Assembly: GCA_027021705.1 (NCBI GenBank)
Contig: JALUTT010000120.1
Span: 37,005-101,004, forward strand
Length of the DNA stretch: 64,000 nt
From: Anaerolineae bacterium
GTDB taxonomy: Bacteria; Chloroflexota; Anaerolineae; S140-20
Direction of reading: 5' to 3'
Part shown: piece after piece, positions 14,160 to 22,706 of the stretch
How positions within the stretch are numbered: position 1 is the stretch's first letter
Layout: every line of letters begins with the position of its first letter
Program-made: the position numbers and the translations under genes
The notes under the pieces: model-generated
Databases searched by the model: none
What the model saw: the letters and a program-made list of their open reading frames with translations, nothing else
Told to the model about the DNA's origin: nothing

Positions 14160-15578
14160 ATGAACACCATCCGTTTTGGCACCGATGGCTGGCGAGGACG
14201 GATCGCCGATAACTACACCTTCGACAACGTGCGCCGTTGCGCTCAGGGATTCGCCTTCTACCTGCGGGACAAAGGGCTGGCCGAGCGGGGGGTCGTCGTG
14301 GGGTACGACAAGCGGTTCGCCTCGGAGCACTTCGCCGCCGCCGCGGCCGAGGTCCTGGCCGCCAACGGCATCCACGTCTGGCTGACCCAAGGGGCGACGC
14401 CCACCCCCGTCATCAGCTACAGCGTCGTGGCCCACGGGGCCGGCGGGGCCGTCAACATCACCGCCAGCCACAACCCCCCGATGGACAACGGCTTCAAAGT
14501 GCGCGACCCCCACGGCGGGGCCATTGACCCGGCCGGCCTGAAGGAGATCGAGGCCCGCATCCCCGACGTCGCCGGCGTGCGGCGGATGGACCTGGAGGAG
14601 GCGGAGCGGAAGGGGCTGGTGGAACGCTTCGACCCGGCCCCTACCTACCTGGAGCACCTGGGGGACCTGATTGACCTGGAGCCCATCAAGGCCGCTGGCT
14701 TCACCATCGTCGTGGACCCGATGTGGGGCAACGGGGCCGGCTGGTTCCCCCGCCTGCTGGAGGGGGGCGCGACCCGCGTCCTAGAGATCCACAACATCCG
14801 CAACCCCATCTTCCCCGAGATGCATCGCCCCGAGCCCATCCCACCCAACGTGAACGGCCTCCTGAGCCGGGTGAAGGAGGTGGGCGCCAACGTGGGGATT
14901 GCCACCGACGGGGATGCCGATCGGTTGGGAGCTGCCGATGAGCACGGGGCCTTCATTGACCAGCTCCAGATGTACAGCCTGCTCACCCTCTACGCCCTGG
15001 AGGTGCGGGGTTGGCGCGGCCCCATCGTCAAGACCGTCTCCACCTCCTCGATGCTGAACAAGCTGGGAGAGATGTACGGCGTCCCCGTCTACGAGGTCGG
15101 CGTGGGGTTCAAGTACGTCGCTCCCAAGATGCTGGAGACCGACGCGATGATCGGGGGGGAGGAGAGCGGCGGGTACGCCTTCCGGGGCCACATCCCGGAG
15201 CGGGATGGCATCCTGGCCGGCCTCTTCCTGCTGGATATGATGGTCCAGATGGACAAGACGCCCTCCCAGCTCGTCGAGCACCTCTACAACCTGGTGGGGC
15301 CGCACCACTACGGACGGGTGGACTCCGACTTCCCTCACGATCAGCGGGAGGCGATCCGGGAGCGGGTGGCGAAGGCCCGGCCAAGCCAGATCGCCGGCTC
15401 CCCCGTCGTGCGCGTAGACACCACCGACGGGCACAAGTTCTACATGGCCGATGGGAGTTGGCTCCTCATCCGCTTCTCCGGCACCGAGCCCATCATCCGG
15501 GTCTACACCGAGACCACCTCCAAGGAGCGCGTGCCCATCGTCCTGCAAGAAGGATTGAAGATCGCAGGGCTGGCGTAA
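14160..15578 (+). CDS. Phosphomannomutase/phosphoglucomutase
   Basis: [14 protein letters not shown] phosphoserine loop, DGDADR metal loop, GGEESGG, RFSGTEP. Confidence 0.93.
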   Translation: MNTIRFGTDGWRGRIADNYTFDNVRRCAQGFAFYLRDKGLAERGVVVGYDKRFASEHFAAAAAEVLAANGIHVWLTQGATPTPVISYSVVAHGAGGAVNITASHNPPMDNGFKVRDPHGGAIDPAGLKEIEARIPDVAGVRRMDLEEAERKGLVERFDPAPTYLEHLGDLIDLEPIKAAGFTIVVDPMWGNGAGWFPRLLEGGATRVLEIHNIRNPIFPEMHRPEPIPPNVNGLLSRVKEVGANVGIATDGDADRLGAADEHGAFIDQLQMYSLLTLYALEVRGWRGPIVKTVSTSSMLNKLGEMYGVPVYEVGVGFKYVAPKMLETDAMIGGEESGGYAFRGHIPERDGILAGLFLLDMMVQMDKTPSQLVEHLYNLVGPHHYGRVDSDFPHDQREAIRERVAKARPSQIAGSPVVRVDTTDGHKFYMADGSWLLIRFSGTEPIIRVYTETTSKERVPIVLQEGLKIAGLA

Positions 15579-15630
15579 GGGGCAGAGGAACAGCACTTAC
15601 GGTCATCAGCCCAGAGGTGTGGAGGACCCA

Positions 15631-16812
15631 ATGGCTGCTCGCAAGCCCCGGTTGACTTCGATGGCTCTCAAACACTTTCTGGCCTTTGAGCAGGCGCACA
15701 TCGAGCTTGCGCCGCTGACCGTGCTGTTGGGAGCCAACAGCACGGGGAAGAGCGCCATCCTCCACGCCCTGGTCCTGCTCAAACAGAGCCTGCGAGGCGG
15801 GGATTACCGTGTTCCCCTTACCTTTGGTGGCCCTCTGCTCGATATGGGACGGTTCCAAGATGTCCTCTGGCAGCAGAGCCGGCGCCTCGCCTTCCGCCTG
15901 GAGTGGGACAACGGGCAGGCTGTGGCCTTTGAGGTGGTCTCGAAACGGCGGGTAGGGCTCGTGGTTCCCAGGGAGACTTTTCGGCTTCGCCTTGCCGGTC
16001 GGGAGTACCGCTTGAAAGATGACGATGAAGCAGAGCCCTGGTACTTCTCCTTCGAGCTCGCCGGCGCGCCGGATTCAGAAAAGGCCCGTGCCTTCCGGGA
16101 GGTCAACGCCACCATCAAGGAGTTCTTCACGGCGCTGCGTTACGTAGGCCCCCTGCGGCAGTCTGCCCGCGAGACCTCTTTCTCCAGGGAGATGCCGGAG
16201 AGTGTCGGGCCGGATGCCCGTTACCTCATCCCCTTCCTCATCGCCCACCCCGATGTGACTCAACGGATCAGCGACTGGCTGCGCGACCATCGCCTGGCCG
16301 ATGGGCTGGAAGTGCGGGAGACGGCGCGGGGAAGCGGACGCTGGGTCGTCTACCTCATCGAGCGGGAGATCGGGAAGCGACGCTGGAACCTGGCGGACAC
16401 AGGGTTTGGGTATTCTCAGCTTATTCCGGTCCTGGCCGAGTTGTACGCGGCTCCCCGAGGAAGCCTGATCCTCATCGAGCAGCCGGAGCTCCACCTGAAC
16501 CCCCGTCTTGCGGTGGAAGTGGGAGACCTGCTTCTCGATGCCGTGGAGGAGGGCAAGACCGTGTTGGTGGAAACCCATAGTGAGCATCTGGTGCTCCGGC
16601 TGCGCCGTCGTATCGCCGAAGGACGCTTCCCGGCTCATCAGCTTGCCCTCTACTTTGCACGGCGCTCTCGGGAGGAGGGGAAGTCCTACCTGGAGCGGGT
16701 CTCCTTGGACGAATTGGGACAGCCGGTCCAGGGATGGCCCGAAGGCTTCTGGGGAGAGGACTACGAGGAGGCCTACCATCTGACACGGGCCATCCTGGAA
16801 CGGCATCGCTAG
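15631..16812 (+). CDS. ABC-type AAA ATPase (AAA_21/DUF3696-like)
   Basis: GANSTGKS Walker A, DTGFGYSQLIP signature, LIEQPELHLNP Walker B/D-loop, ETHSEH, C-terminal WPEGFW. Confidence 0.85.
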   Translation: MAARKPRLTSMALKHFLAFEQAHIELAPLTVLLGANSTGKSAILHALVLLKQSLRGGDYRVPLTFGGPLLDMGRFQDVLWQQSRRLAFRLEWDNGQAVAFEVVSKRRVGLVVPRETFRLRLAGREYRLKDDDEAEPWYFSFELAGAPDSEKARAFREVNATIKEFFTALRYVGPLRQSARETSFSREMPESVGPDARYLIPFLIAHPDVTQRISDWLRDHRLADGLEVRETARGSGRWVVYLIEREIGKRRWNLADTGFGYSQLIPVLAELYAAPRGSLILIEQPELHLNPRLAVEVGDLLLDAVEEGKTVLVETHSEHLVLRLRRRIAEGRFPAHQLALYFARRSREEGKSYLERVSLDELGQPVQGWPEGFWGEDYEEAYHLTRAILERHR

Positions 16813-16821
16813 GATGGGACA

Positions 16822-17307
16822 ATGGGCCGACGGTGGATCGTCGTGGACACAAACATCTTCTGCTTCACGGGCTATCAGGAGGCCGGGGATCACGGTCGGC
16901 GGGAGCGGGACTACCTTGCCAAAGGTGGAGAAGCTGTGGATTTCCTGCATCGCCTGATGGAGTACTGCGACGAATATGGTCTGGCAGTGGACACGGGAGG
17001 GCTGATCGTCGAGGAGTACCAGCGCCAGATTCCCCTCGGTTCTTTTGGGCACTATGCCTTTCGCCAGATGGCTACCAGGATGCCGGGCAAGGTTCGCGCT
17101 TTCGATCCCAGGAACCCGGACTGGATGGACCAGGTGGCACGAAGCCAAGACCTGGACAAACACGATCGGCGGTTCATCGCCACAGCATTGGCCACGCCGG
17201 ACAAGGTTCTGGTCTCTGAAGACACAGTGCTGTTAGAAAATGCGCCTTTTTTGGAGAGGAAGGGGCTTCACGTCTACGACGCTGAAGAAGCCAATGAGGT
17301 GCTGTAG
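16822..17307 (+). CDS. PIN-like domain protein
   Basis: IVVDTNIF N-terminal motif, EEY, DKHDRRFIATA, LVSED. Confidence 0.6.
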   Translation: MGRRWIVVDTNIFCFTGYQEAGDHGRRERDYLAKGGEAVDFLHRLMEYCDEYGLAVDTGGLIVEEYQRQIPLGSFGHYAFRQMATRMPGKVRAFDPRNPDWMDQVARSQDLDKHDRRFIATALATPDKVLVSEDTVLLENAPFLERKGLHVYDAEEANEVL

Positions 17308-17312
17308 CGGCT

Positions 17313-18164
17313 ATGGAGATCGTGGATACCCACGCCCACTTGGACTTTCGAGCCTTTGACGGGGATCGGGAGGCCGTCGTCGCCCGAGCGGTCGAAGCCG
17401 GCCTGGTGGCCATCATCAACCCCGGCACCGATTTGGAGAGCAGCCGGGCCGCCGTCGCCCTGGCCGAGCGCTACCCCCGCGTCTACGCCGCCGTGGGCAT
17501 CCACCCCACCTCGGCCCACCTGCTGGACGACGAGGCGCTGGCCGAACTGCGCCGGCTGGCCGCCCATCCCAAGGTCGTCGCCATCGGCGAGATCGGCCTG
17601 GACGATTACTGGCCCCGTGTGCCCGACCGGGGCTGGCGCTGCGCCACGCCGGAGGAGCAACACCGGGCTTTTCAGGCCCAACTGGACCTGGCGGCTGAAC
17701 TGGACCTCCCCGTCATCATCCACGATCGGGAGGCCCACGATGCCGTCCTCGCCATGCTGGAGGCGTGGGTCCGGGGAGGGGAAGGACGACGGGGGGTGCT
17801 GCATTCCTTCTCGGGAGACGAAGCGATGGCCCGTCGGGCCGTGGAGATGGGGTTCTACATCGGCATCACCGGGCCGGTGACCTTCAAGAAGGCGGAAGGG
17901 TTGCGCCGGGTGGTGGCGACCGTCCCGATGGCGCGGTTGCTGGTCGAGACCGATGCGCCGTTCCTGACGCCCCACCCCTATCGGGGACGGCGCAACGAGC
18001 CGGCCCATGTCCGGTTCGTCGTCCGGCGGATTGCTGAGGTGCGGGGAGTATCCCCGGAGACGGTGGCCTCCCAGACGACCCGCAACGCCACCACGCTCTT
18101 CAGCCGATTGCGGGTGGAGACCTTTCACCCACCCGCCCCGATGTCAGCCGGCCCCCGGTCTTAG
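17313..18164 (+). CDS. tatD: TatD family hydrolase
   Basis: DTHAHL, GIHP, IGEIGLD, IIHDREA, LHSFSG, ETDAPFL, RNEP. Confidence 0.92.
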   Translation: MEIVDTHAHLDFRAFDGDREAVVARAVEAGLVAIINPGTDLESSRAAVALAERYPRVYAAVGIHPTSAHLLDDEALAELRRLAAHPKVVAIGEIGLDDYWPRVPDRGWRCATPEEQHRAFQAQLDLAAELDLPVIIHDREAHDAVLAMLEAWVRGGEGRRGVLHSFSGDEAMARRAVEMGFYIGITGPVTFKKAEGLRRVVATVPMARLLVETDAPFLTPHPYRGRRNEPAHVRFVVRRIAEVRGVSPETVASQTTRNATTLFSRLRVETFHPPAPMSAGPRS

Positions 18165-18187
18165 TTCATCGAGGAGAGGAAGCGCCT

Positions 18188-19156
18188 GTGAAGATACAAA
18201 CGATCCTGGAACCCCTGCGAGAAGATTTGAGGCGGGTTGAGCGCCGACTGCGCGAGGCCCCAATGGTCGAAGAGCACGCGGTTCTCACCGAGGCCATTGA
18301 CCATCTCTTCAGCAGCGGGGGCAAGCGGCTCCGACCAGCCCTGGTCCTGCTGGTCAGTCGCTTCTACCAGGCCGCCTCCGAGCGGACGATTGCCCTGGCC
18401 GCCGCCGTGGAGATGCTCCACACAGCCACCCTGGTCCACGATGATTTGATTGACGGCTCCCTAATGCGCCGGGGCAGTCCCACCCTCAACGCCCGCTGGT
18501 CCCCCGGAGCCACCGTGCTCACCGGTGATTATCTCTTCGCCCGGGCCGCTCACCTGGCCGCCCAGACCCAGAGCGTGCGGGTGATGGACATTTTTGCCCA
18601 CACGCTGATGATCATCTGTACCGGGGAACTGCGCCAACTCTTCGATCGTTCCGAGGCCACCCTGGTGCGGGAAGCCTACTACCGCCGGATTTACGCCAAG
18701 ACGGCCTCCCTCTTCGCCCTCTCCACCGAGGCAGCCGCCGTCCTGGGTGGGGCTCCCGAGGACGAGATCGCAGCGATGCGGGAGTACGGCCACCAACTGG
18801 GCATGGCCTTCCAGATTGTGGACGACATCCTCGACTTCGTGGGGGATGAGCGGACGATGGGGAAGCCGGCCGGCAGCGACCTGCGCCAGGGGGTGATCAC
18901 GCTGCCCACCCTCTACTATCTGGAATGGCACCCCGAGGACCCCATCGTCGGCAGCGTGCTGAACGGTCACCGCGATGCCGAGACGGTGGCCCAAGCGGTG
19001 CAGCGGATCCGGGAGTCGGGGGCGGTGGAGGCGGCCCGGGAGGAAGCCCGCGCCTTCGCCCAGCGCAGCCGGCAGGCTCTCCGGGCCTTCCCCGACGAGC
19101 CTCCCCGACAGGCGCTCTGGGGCCTGGCCGACTTCGTCGTTGAGCGCAGCCTGTAG
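18188..19156 (+). CDS. Polyprenyl (heptaprenyl/octaprenyl) diphosphate synthase
   Basis: GGKRLRP, LVHDDLID (FARM), FQIVDDILD (SARM), KTASLF. Confidence 0.92.
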   Translation: MKIQTILEPLREDLRRVERRLREAPMVEEHAVLTEAIDHLFSSGGKRLRPALVLLVSRFYQAASERTIALAAAVEMLHTATLVHDDLIDGSLMRRGSPTLNARWSPGATVLTGDYLFARAAHLAAQTQSVRVMDIFAHTLMIICTGELRQLFDRSEATLVREAYYRRIYAKTASLFALSTEAAAVLGGAPEDEIAAMREYGHQLGMAFQIVDDILDFVGDERTMGKPAGSDLRQGVITLPTLYYLEWHPEDPIVGSVLNGHRDAETVAQAVQRIRESGAVEAAREEARAFAQRSRQALRAFPDEPPRQALWGLADFVVERSL

Positions 19157-19165
19157 GCTCAGCGC

Positions 19166-20590
19166 CTACACCACGGTCCGGGTCAGGTGCTCCATCACCC
19201 GGGTCAACTGCTCCAGATTGCGGCATTCCACCAGGAGGTCGCACTCCTGAGCGTACAGGTGGATGATGCTGTCGCCGTGGCCCCAGGCCCACTGGGACTC
19301 CGGGTTGAGCCAGATGACCTGGCGGGAGCGGGCTCGGATCTCGGCCAGCGTCTCGACCTGCGGGTCGAAGAAGTTGCTCCGTCCATCCCCCAGGATGATC
19401 ACCGTCGTCCGCCTGTTGAGGGCGTCGCCGTAGAGCTCCAGGAACTGGCGGAAGACCTGACCGAAGTCGCTGTGAGCCCAGTAGCGGATGTTGGCCTCCC
19501 CCGTCGCCATCTCGATGGCCGCTTCCACAGGGTTCCGCTCGAAGAAACGGGTCACCTCGTCCACGTCGGCGATGAAGACGAAGGAACGCACCCGCCCCCG
19601 CTGCTGCTGGAGGCTGTAGACCAGTTGCAGCATAAAGCGGGAGGCGTTGCGCACCGATGAGGAGACGTCACACAGCACGGCCAGCCGGAGCCGGTTGCGC
19701 TGCTGCTCCTTGAAGACCAGCTCCATCGGAACGCCGGCCGTCCTGTGGCTGGCCCGGAGCGTCCGGCTCACGTCCAGCCGCCTCACCCCTCCCCGTCGCA
19801 TCCGCCGCGCCACGTCCGCCCGCAGCTTCTGGGCCAGTTGGTCCACCACCTCCTGCATCGCCTGCACCTCCTCCTCGGTGAACTGAGCGAAGGTCTTCTG
19901 CTGGAGCGCCTTGGGCACCAGCCGGGAGGGGGTGCGCGGGTGCATCCGATCGTAAGCTTCCTGGACCTGGTCGGCGACCCAGCGGGGGAAGAGTTCCTGG
20001 AGCTCCCACAGCCGCTGCCGGACCTGTTGGGCCAGCTCGAACTCACCGGCCGCCTGCAGCGTCCGGGCGAGCTGGATCAGTTCGGCTTGGATGCGCCGCC
20101 AGCCCATCCGGTCCAGGATGTAGCGGGTCACCTGGCCGCGCTGGAGCAGGTTCTCCAGTTGCTGCAACTGCTCCGGCGTCATATGGCGCAGCATCTCCGC
20201 CGTGATCACCATCACGTTGCCGGCCAGCAGCGCTTCCGTGAGCCGGCCCAGCGGCCGATGGCCCAGCCGCTCCATCGCCTCTCGGAGCCGCTGCAGGAAC
20301 GCCTCGTGGGGTTTGAGCCGGCCCGGCAGCCCCGGCCCTTCCCGCTCTCCCTGACCGGGCAGGGGCAGCGGCTCCGCCGTCGGGCTGAAGTAGCGGTCGA
20401 AGAGTTCGTCGAAGAGGGGGATGTCCCGCTGCTGTTTGACCAATGCTGCCCGCAGGGCGGCCTTCAACGTCGGGCGGTGGCGGAGCCCCACCTGCCGCGC
20501 CGCCAGGAAGGCGTCCAGCGCCTCACCGCTGGAGACGCGCAGCCCCGCCCGCCGCAGGACCTGGATGAACCCCACCAGCACCTCGTCCAT
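19166..20590 (-). CDS. vWA domain protein (CoxE-like)
   Basis: LRRAGLRVS N-terminus, LCDVSSSV MIDAS, ILGDGRSN, WLNPE. Confidence 0.85.
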   Translation of the reverse strand: MDEVLVGFIQVLRRAGLRVSSGEALDAFLAARQVGLRHRPTLKAALRAALVKQQRDIPLFDELFDRYFSPTAEPLPLPGQGEREGPGLPGRLKPHEAFLQRLREAMERLGHRPLGRLTEALLAGNVMVITAEMLRHMTPEQLQQLENLLQRGQVTRYILDRMGWRRIQAELIQLARTLQAAGEFELAQQVRQRLWELQELFPRWVADQVQEAYDRMHPRTPSRLVPKALQQKTFAQFTEEEVQAMQEVVDQLAQKLRADVARRMRRGGVRRLDVSRTLRASHRTAGVPMELVFKEQQRNRLRLAVLCDVSSSVRNASRFMLQLVYSLQQQRGRVRSFVFIADVDEVTRFFERNPVEAAIEMATGEANIRYWAHSDFGQVFRQFLELYGDALNRRTTVIILGDGRSNFFDPQVETLAEIRARSRQVIWLNPESQWAWGHGDSIIHLYAQECDLLVECRNLEQLTRVMEHLTRTVV

Positions 20591-20592
20591 CC

Positions 20593-21546
20593 TCACACCT
20601 CCCACTCCTGCAGCCGCCACCGGGCCCGCTGGATCAGCTCGTCGAGGGAGGGGCGGATGCGGGCGTGATCGCCCTCGTGCTTGATGATCACCCCCAGCGT
20701 GCGGGCCACCTCCTCGATGCCCAGATGCCGGACGTTGAGGAGGGCCAGAGCTCGGGCCCAGTCCAGCGTCTCGCTCATCCCGGGGACCTTCTTGAGGGCC
20801 AGGCTGCGGACCTCCTGGACGAAGGCGACCACCTCGGCCGCCAGGCTGTGGGTCGCCTCCGGCACCCGCACCCGCACCACCTCCAACTCCTCGTGGAAGG
20901 AAGGGTAGTTGATGAAGAGGTGCAGGCAGCGCCGCTTGAGGGCATCGGAGAGCTCCCGGGCCTGGTTGCTGGTCAGGACGACAAAGGGCTGGGTGCGGGC
21001 GCGGATGGTGCCCAACTCCGGCACGCTGACCTGGAAGTCGCTGAGCACTTCCAGCAGGAAGGCCTCGAACTCCGGGTCCGCCTTGTCCACCTCGTCCACC
21101 AGGAGCACCGGGCGCTGCTCTGCCAGGAGGGCCCGCAGGAGGGGGCGGGGCAGGAGGAAGCGCTCGGAGAAGAAGAGGTCCTCCTCCTCGGCGATGCGCT
21201 CGAAGGCTTCGCGTAGGGTGCGGGTGTCGGCCAGCAGCTCGCCTACCCGGTCCCGCAGCACCTGGGTGTAGAGCATCTGCTTGGCATACTGCCACTCGTA
21301 GAGCGCCTTGGCCTCGTCCAGCCCCTCATAGCACTGCAGCCGGATCAGCTCGGTCCCCAGCGCATCGGCCACCGCTTTGGAGAGCTCCGTCTTGCCCACT
21401 CCCGCCGGCCCCTCCACCAACAGCGGCTTGCCCAGTTGATCGGCCAGGTAGACGACCGTGGCGATGTCGTCACCGGCCAGGTAGCGGACGGTGCGCAATC
21501 GTCGTTTGACATCTTCCACCGACTGGAACTGGGAGAGCTGCGACAT
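20593..21546 (-). CDS. MoxR-family AAA+ ATPase (CoxD-like)
   Basis: EGPAGVGKTE, RLQCYEGLD, LVDEVDKAD, LSDALKRRC. Confidence 0.92.
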   Translation of the reverse strand: MSQLSQFQSVEDVKRRLRTVRYLAGDDIATVVYLADQLGKPLLVEGPAGVGKTELSKAVADALGTELIRLQCYEGLDEAKALYEWQYAKQMLYTQVLRDRVGELLADTRTLREAFERIAEEEDLFFSERFLLPRPLLRALLAEQRPVLLVDEVDKADPEFEAFLLEVLSDFQVSVPELGTIRARTQPFVVLTSNQARELSDALKRRCLHLFINYPSFHEELEVVRVRVPEATHSLAAEVVAFVQEVRSLALKKVPGMSETLDWARALALLNVRHLGIEEVARTLGVIIKHEGDHARIRPSLDELIQRARWRLQEWEV

Positions 21547-21616
21547 CAGGTTCCTTCCTTTCCTTGGCCTAAACGGACTTAAACGGCGCTGACCCCAGGC
21601 GCTTGGGGGATAGGTC

Positions 21617-22498
21617 TCATCCTTTCACAGCCCACAGGTAAGCGACGGCCTGGCACTGCCGGCCCTGCCGGGCTTCGATCAGAGGGCGCAGGTGGGCCTC
21701 GAAACGGGCCGCCTCTTCGGGGGTGAGGACTTGGGCGATCACCTCTCCCAGGGCGGGGACGCGCGGGTTGGGCGGTGCCCGCATCGCCACCTCCCACGAG
21801 GGCGGCCAGGTCGGCGGCTGGAGGTCCACCCGCAGCTCCAGGTGGATTTCGGCGAAGCCGGCCGCCTCGCTGTACCGGAGCAGGTCCCGCTCGTCGAAGT
21901 TGAGCATCGGGTCGGTCTCGTCGGGCTGATGCTGTCGGTAGAAGGCCCGGATCCGCCGGACCAGGTCCGCCACCGGCGTGAGGTCGTACCCCCAGAGGCG
22001 GGTGTCGGACCGGTCGCTGAGCCCATAGCGGTTGATGGGCTCGAAGAGGGAGATGCGACCGCCGGGCCGGAGCACCCGGTGGAAGGCCCGGAAGGCCGCC
22101 GCTTTGTCGGCGACGTAGATGAGCACCGAACGGGTGGTGACGACGTCCACCGACCCATCGGCGATGGACCGCAGGTCCTCGGCGGCGGCCCGGACGAAGC
22201 TACAGCGGTCGGCCACCCCCATCTGTTCGGCCAGAGCACGGGCGTGGTCCAACAGAGGCTGGGAAATGTCGCTGAGGATGACGCGCCCCGTGGGACCGAC
22301 CCGTTCCAGGGCACCGAAGGCGATGAGGCCATCGCCGGCCCCCACGTCGAGGAGCGTTTCCCCCTCCCGGACCTGCGCGTGGTCGAGGACCTTGTCGCGG
22401 ATGGCGTAGAGAAGGCGCAGGGCCTCCGCCGCGTAAGTCTCATCCCCGCCAAAGCGGGTCTCGATCACCCACCGCGCCCAGGGGTCCTGCTCAGCCAT
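21617..22498 (-). CDS. Class I SAM-dependent methyltransferase
   Basis: LLDVGAGDG motif I, RVLRPGG. Confidence 0.85.
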   Translation of the reverse strand: MAEQDPWARWVIETRFGGDETYAAEALRLLYAIRDKVLDHAQVREGETLLDVGAGDGLIAFGALERVGPTGRVILSDISQPLLDHARALAEQMGVADRCSFVRAAAEDLRSIADGSVDVVTTRSVLIYVADKAAAFRAFHRVLRPGGRISLFEPINRYGLSDRSDTRLWGYDLTPVADLVRRIRAFYRQHQPDETDPMLNFDERDLLRYSEAAGFAEIHLELRVDLQPPTWPPSWEVAMRAPPNPRVPALGEVIAQVLTPEEAARFEAHLRPLIEARQGRQCQAVAYLWAVKG

Positions 22499-22706
22499 GG
22501 AACCGCCTCCCCACCCTCCTGCAGGTCACGCGATGCGCGGCGACAGCGATGGCTTATCGTAGGAACCTGCAGGAGGATCAGTCCATCCTGAGCCAATAGG
22601 CGAACGAAAACGTTGGTCAAATTATACCACCGAATCGGTCGGGGCGCGAATCCCCAGGACCGCTCCGGTTGTCGAAAGCGCCAAATCGTGATAACATCCT
22701 CCCGCT

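Noticed and set aside
17313..18164. TatD as a third component (QatD-like) of the ATPase/PIN module
   Set aside because: Typical housekeeping TatD motifs and host-like codon usage, running into a polyprenyl synthase gene
19166..21546. MoxR-vWA pair as part of a ternary conflict system with the CHAT protease
   Set aside because: Ordinary CoxD/CoxE-like sequences, about 10 kb away on the opposite strand, with no shared adaptor domain visible
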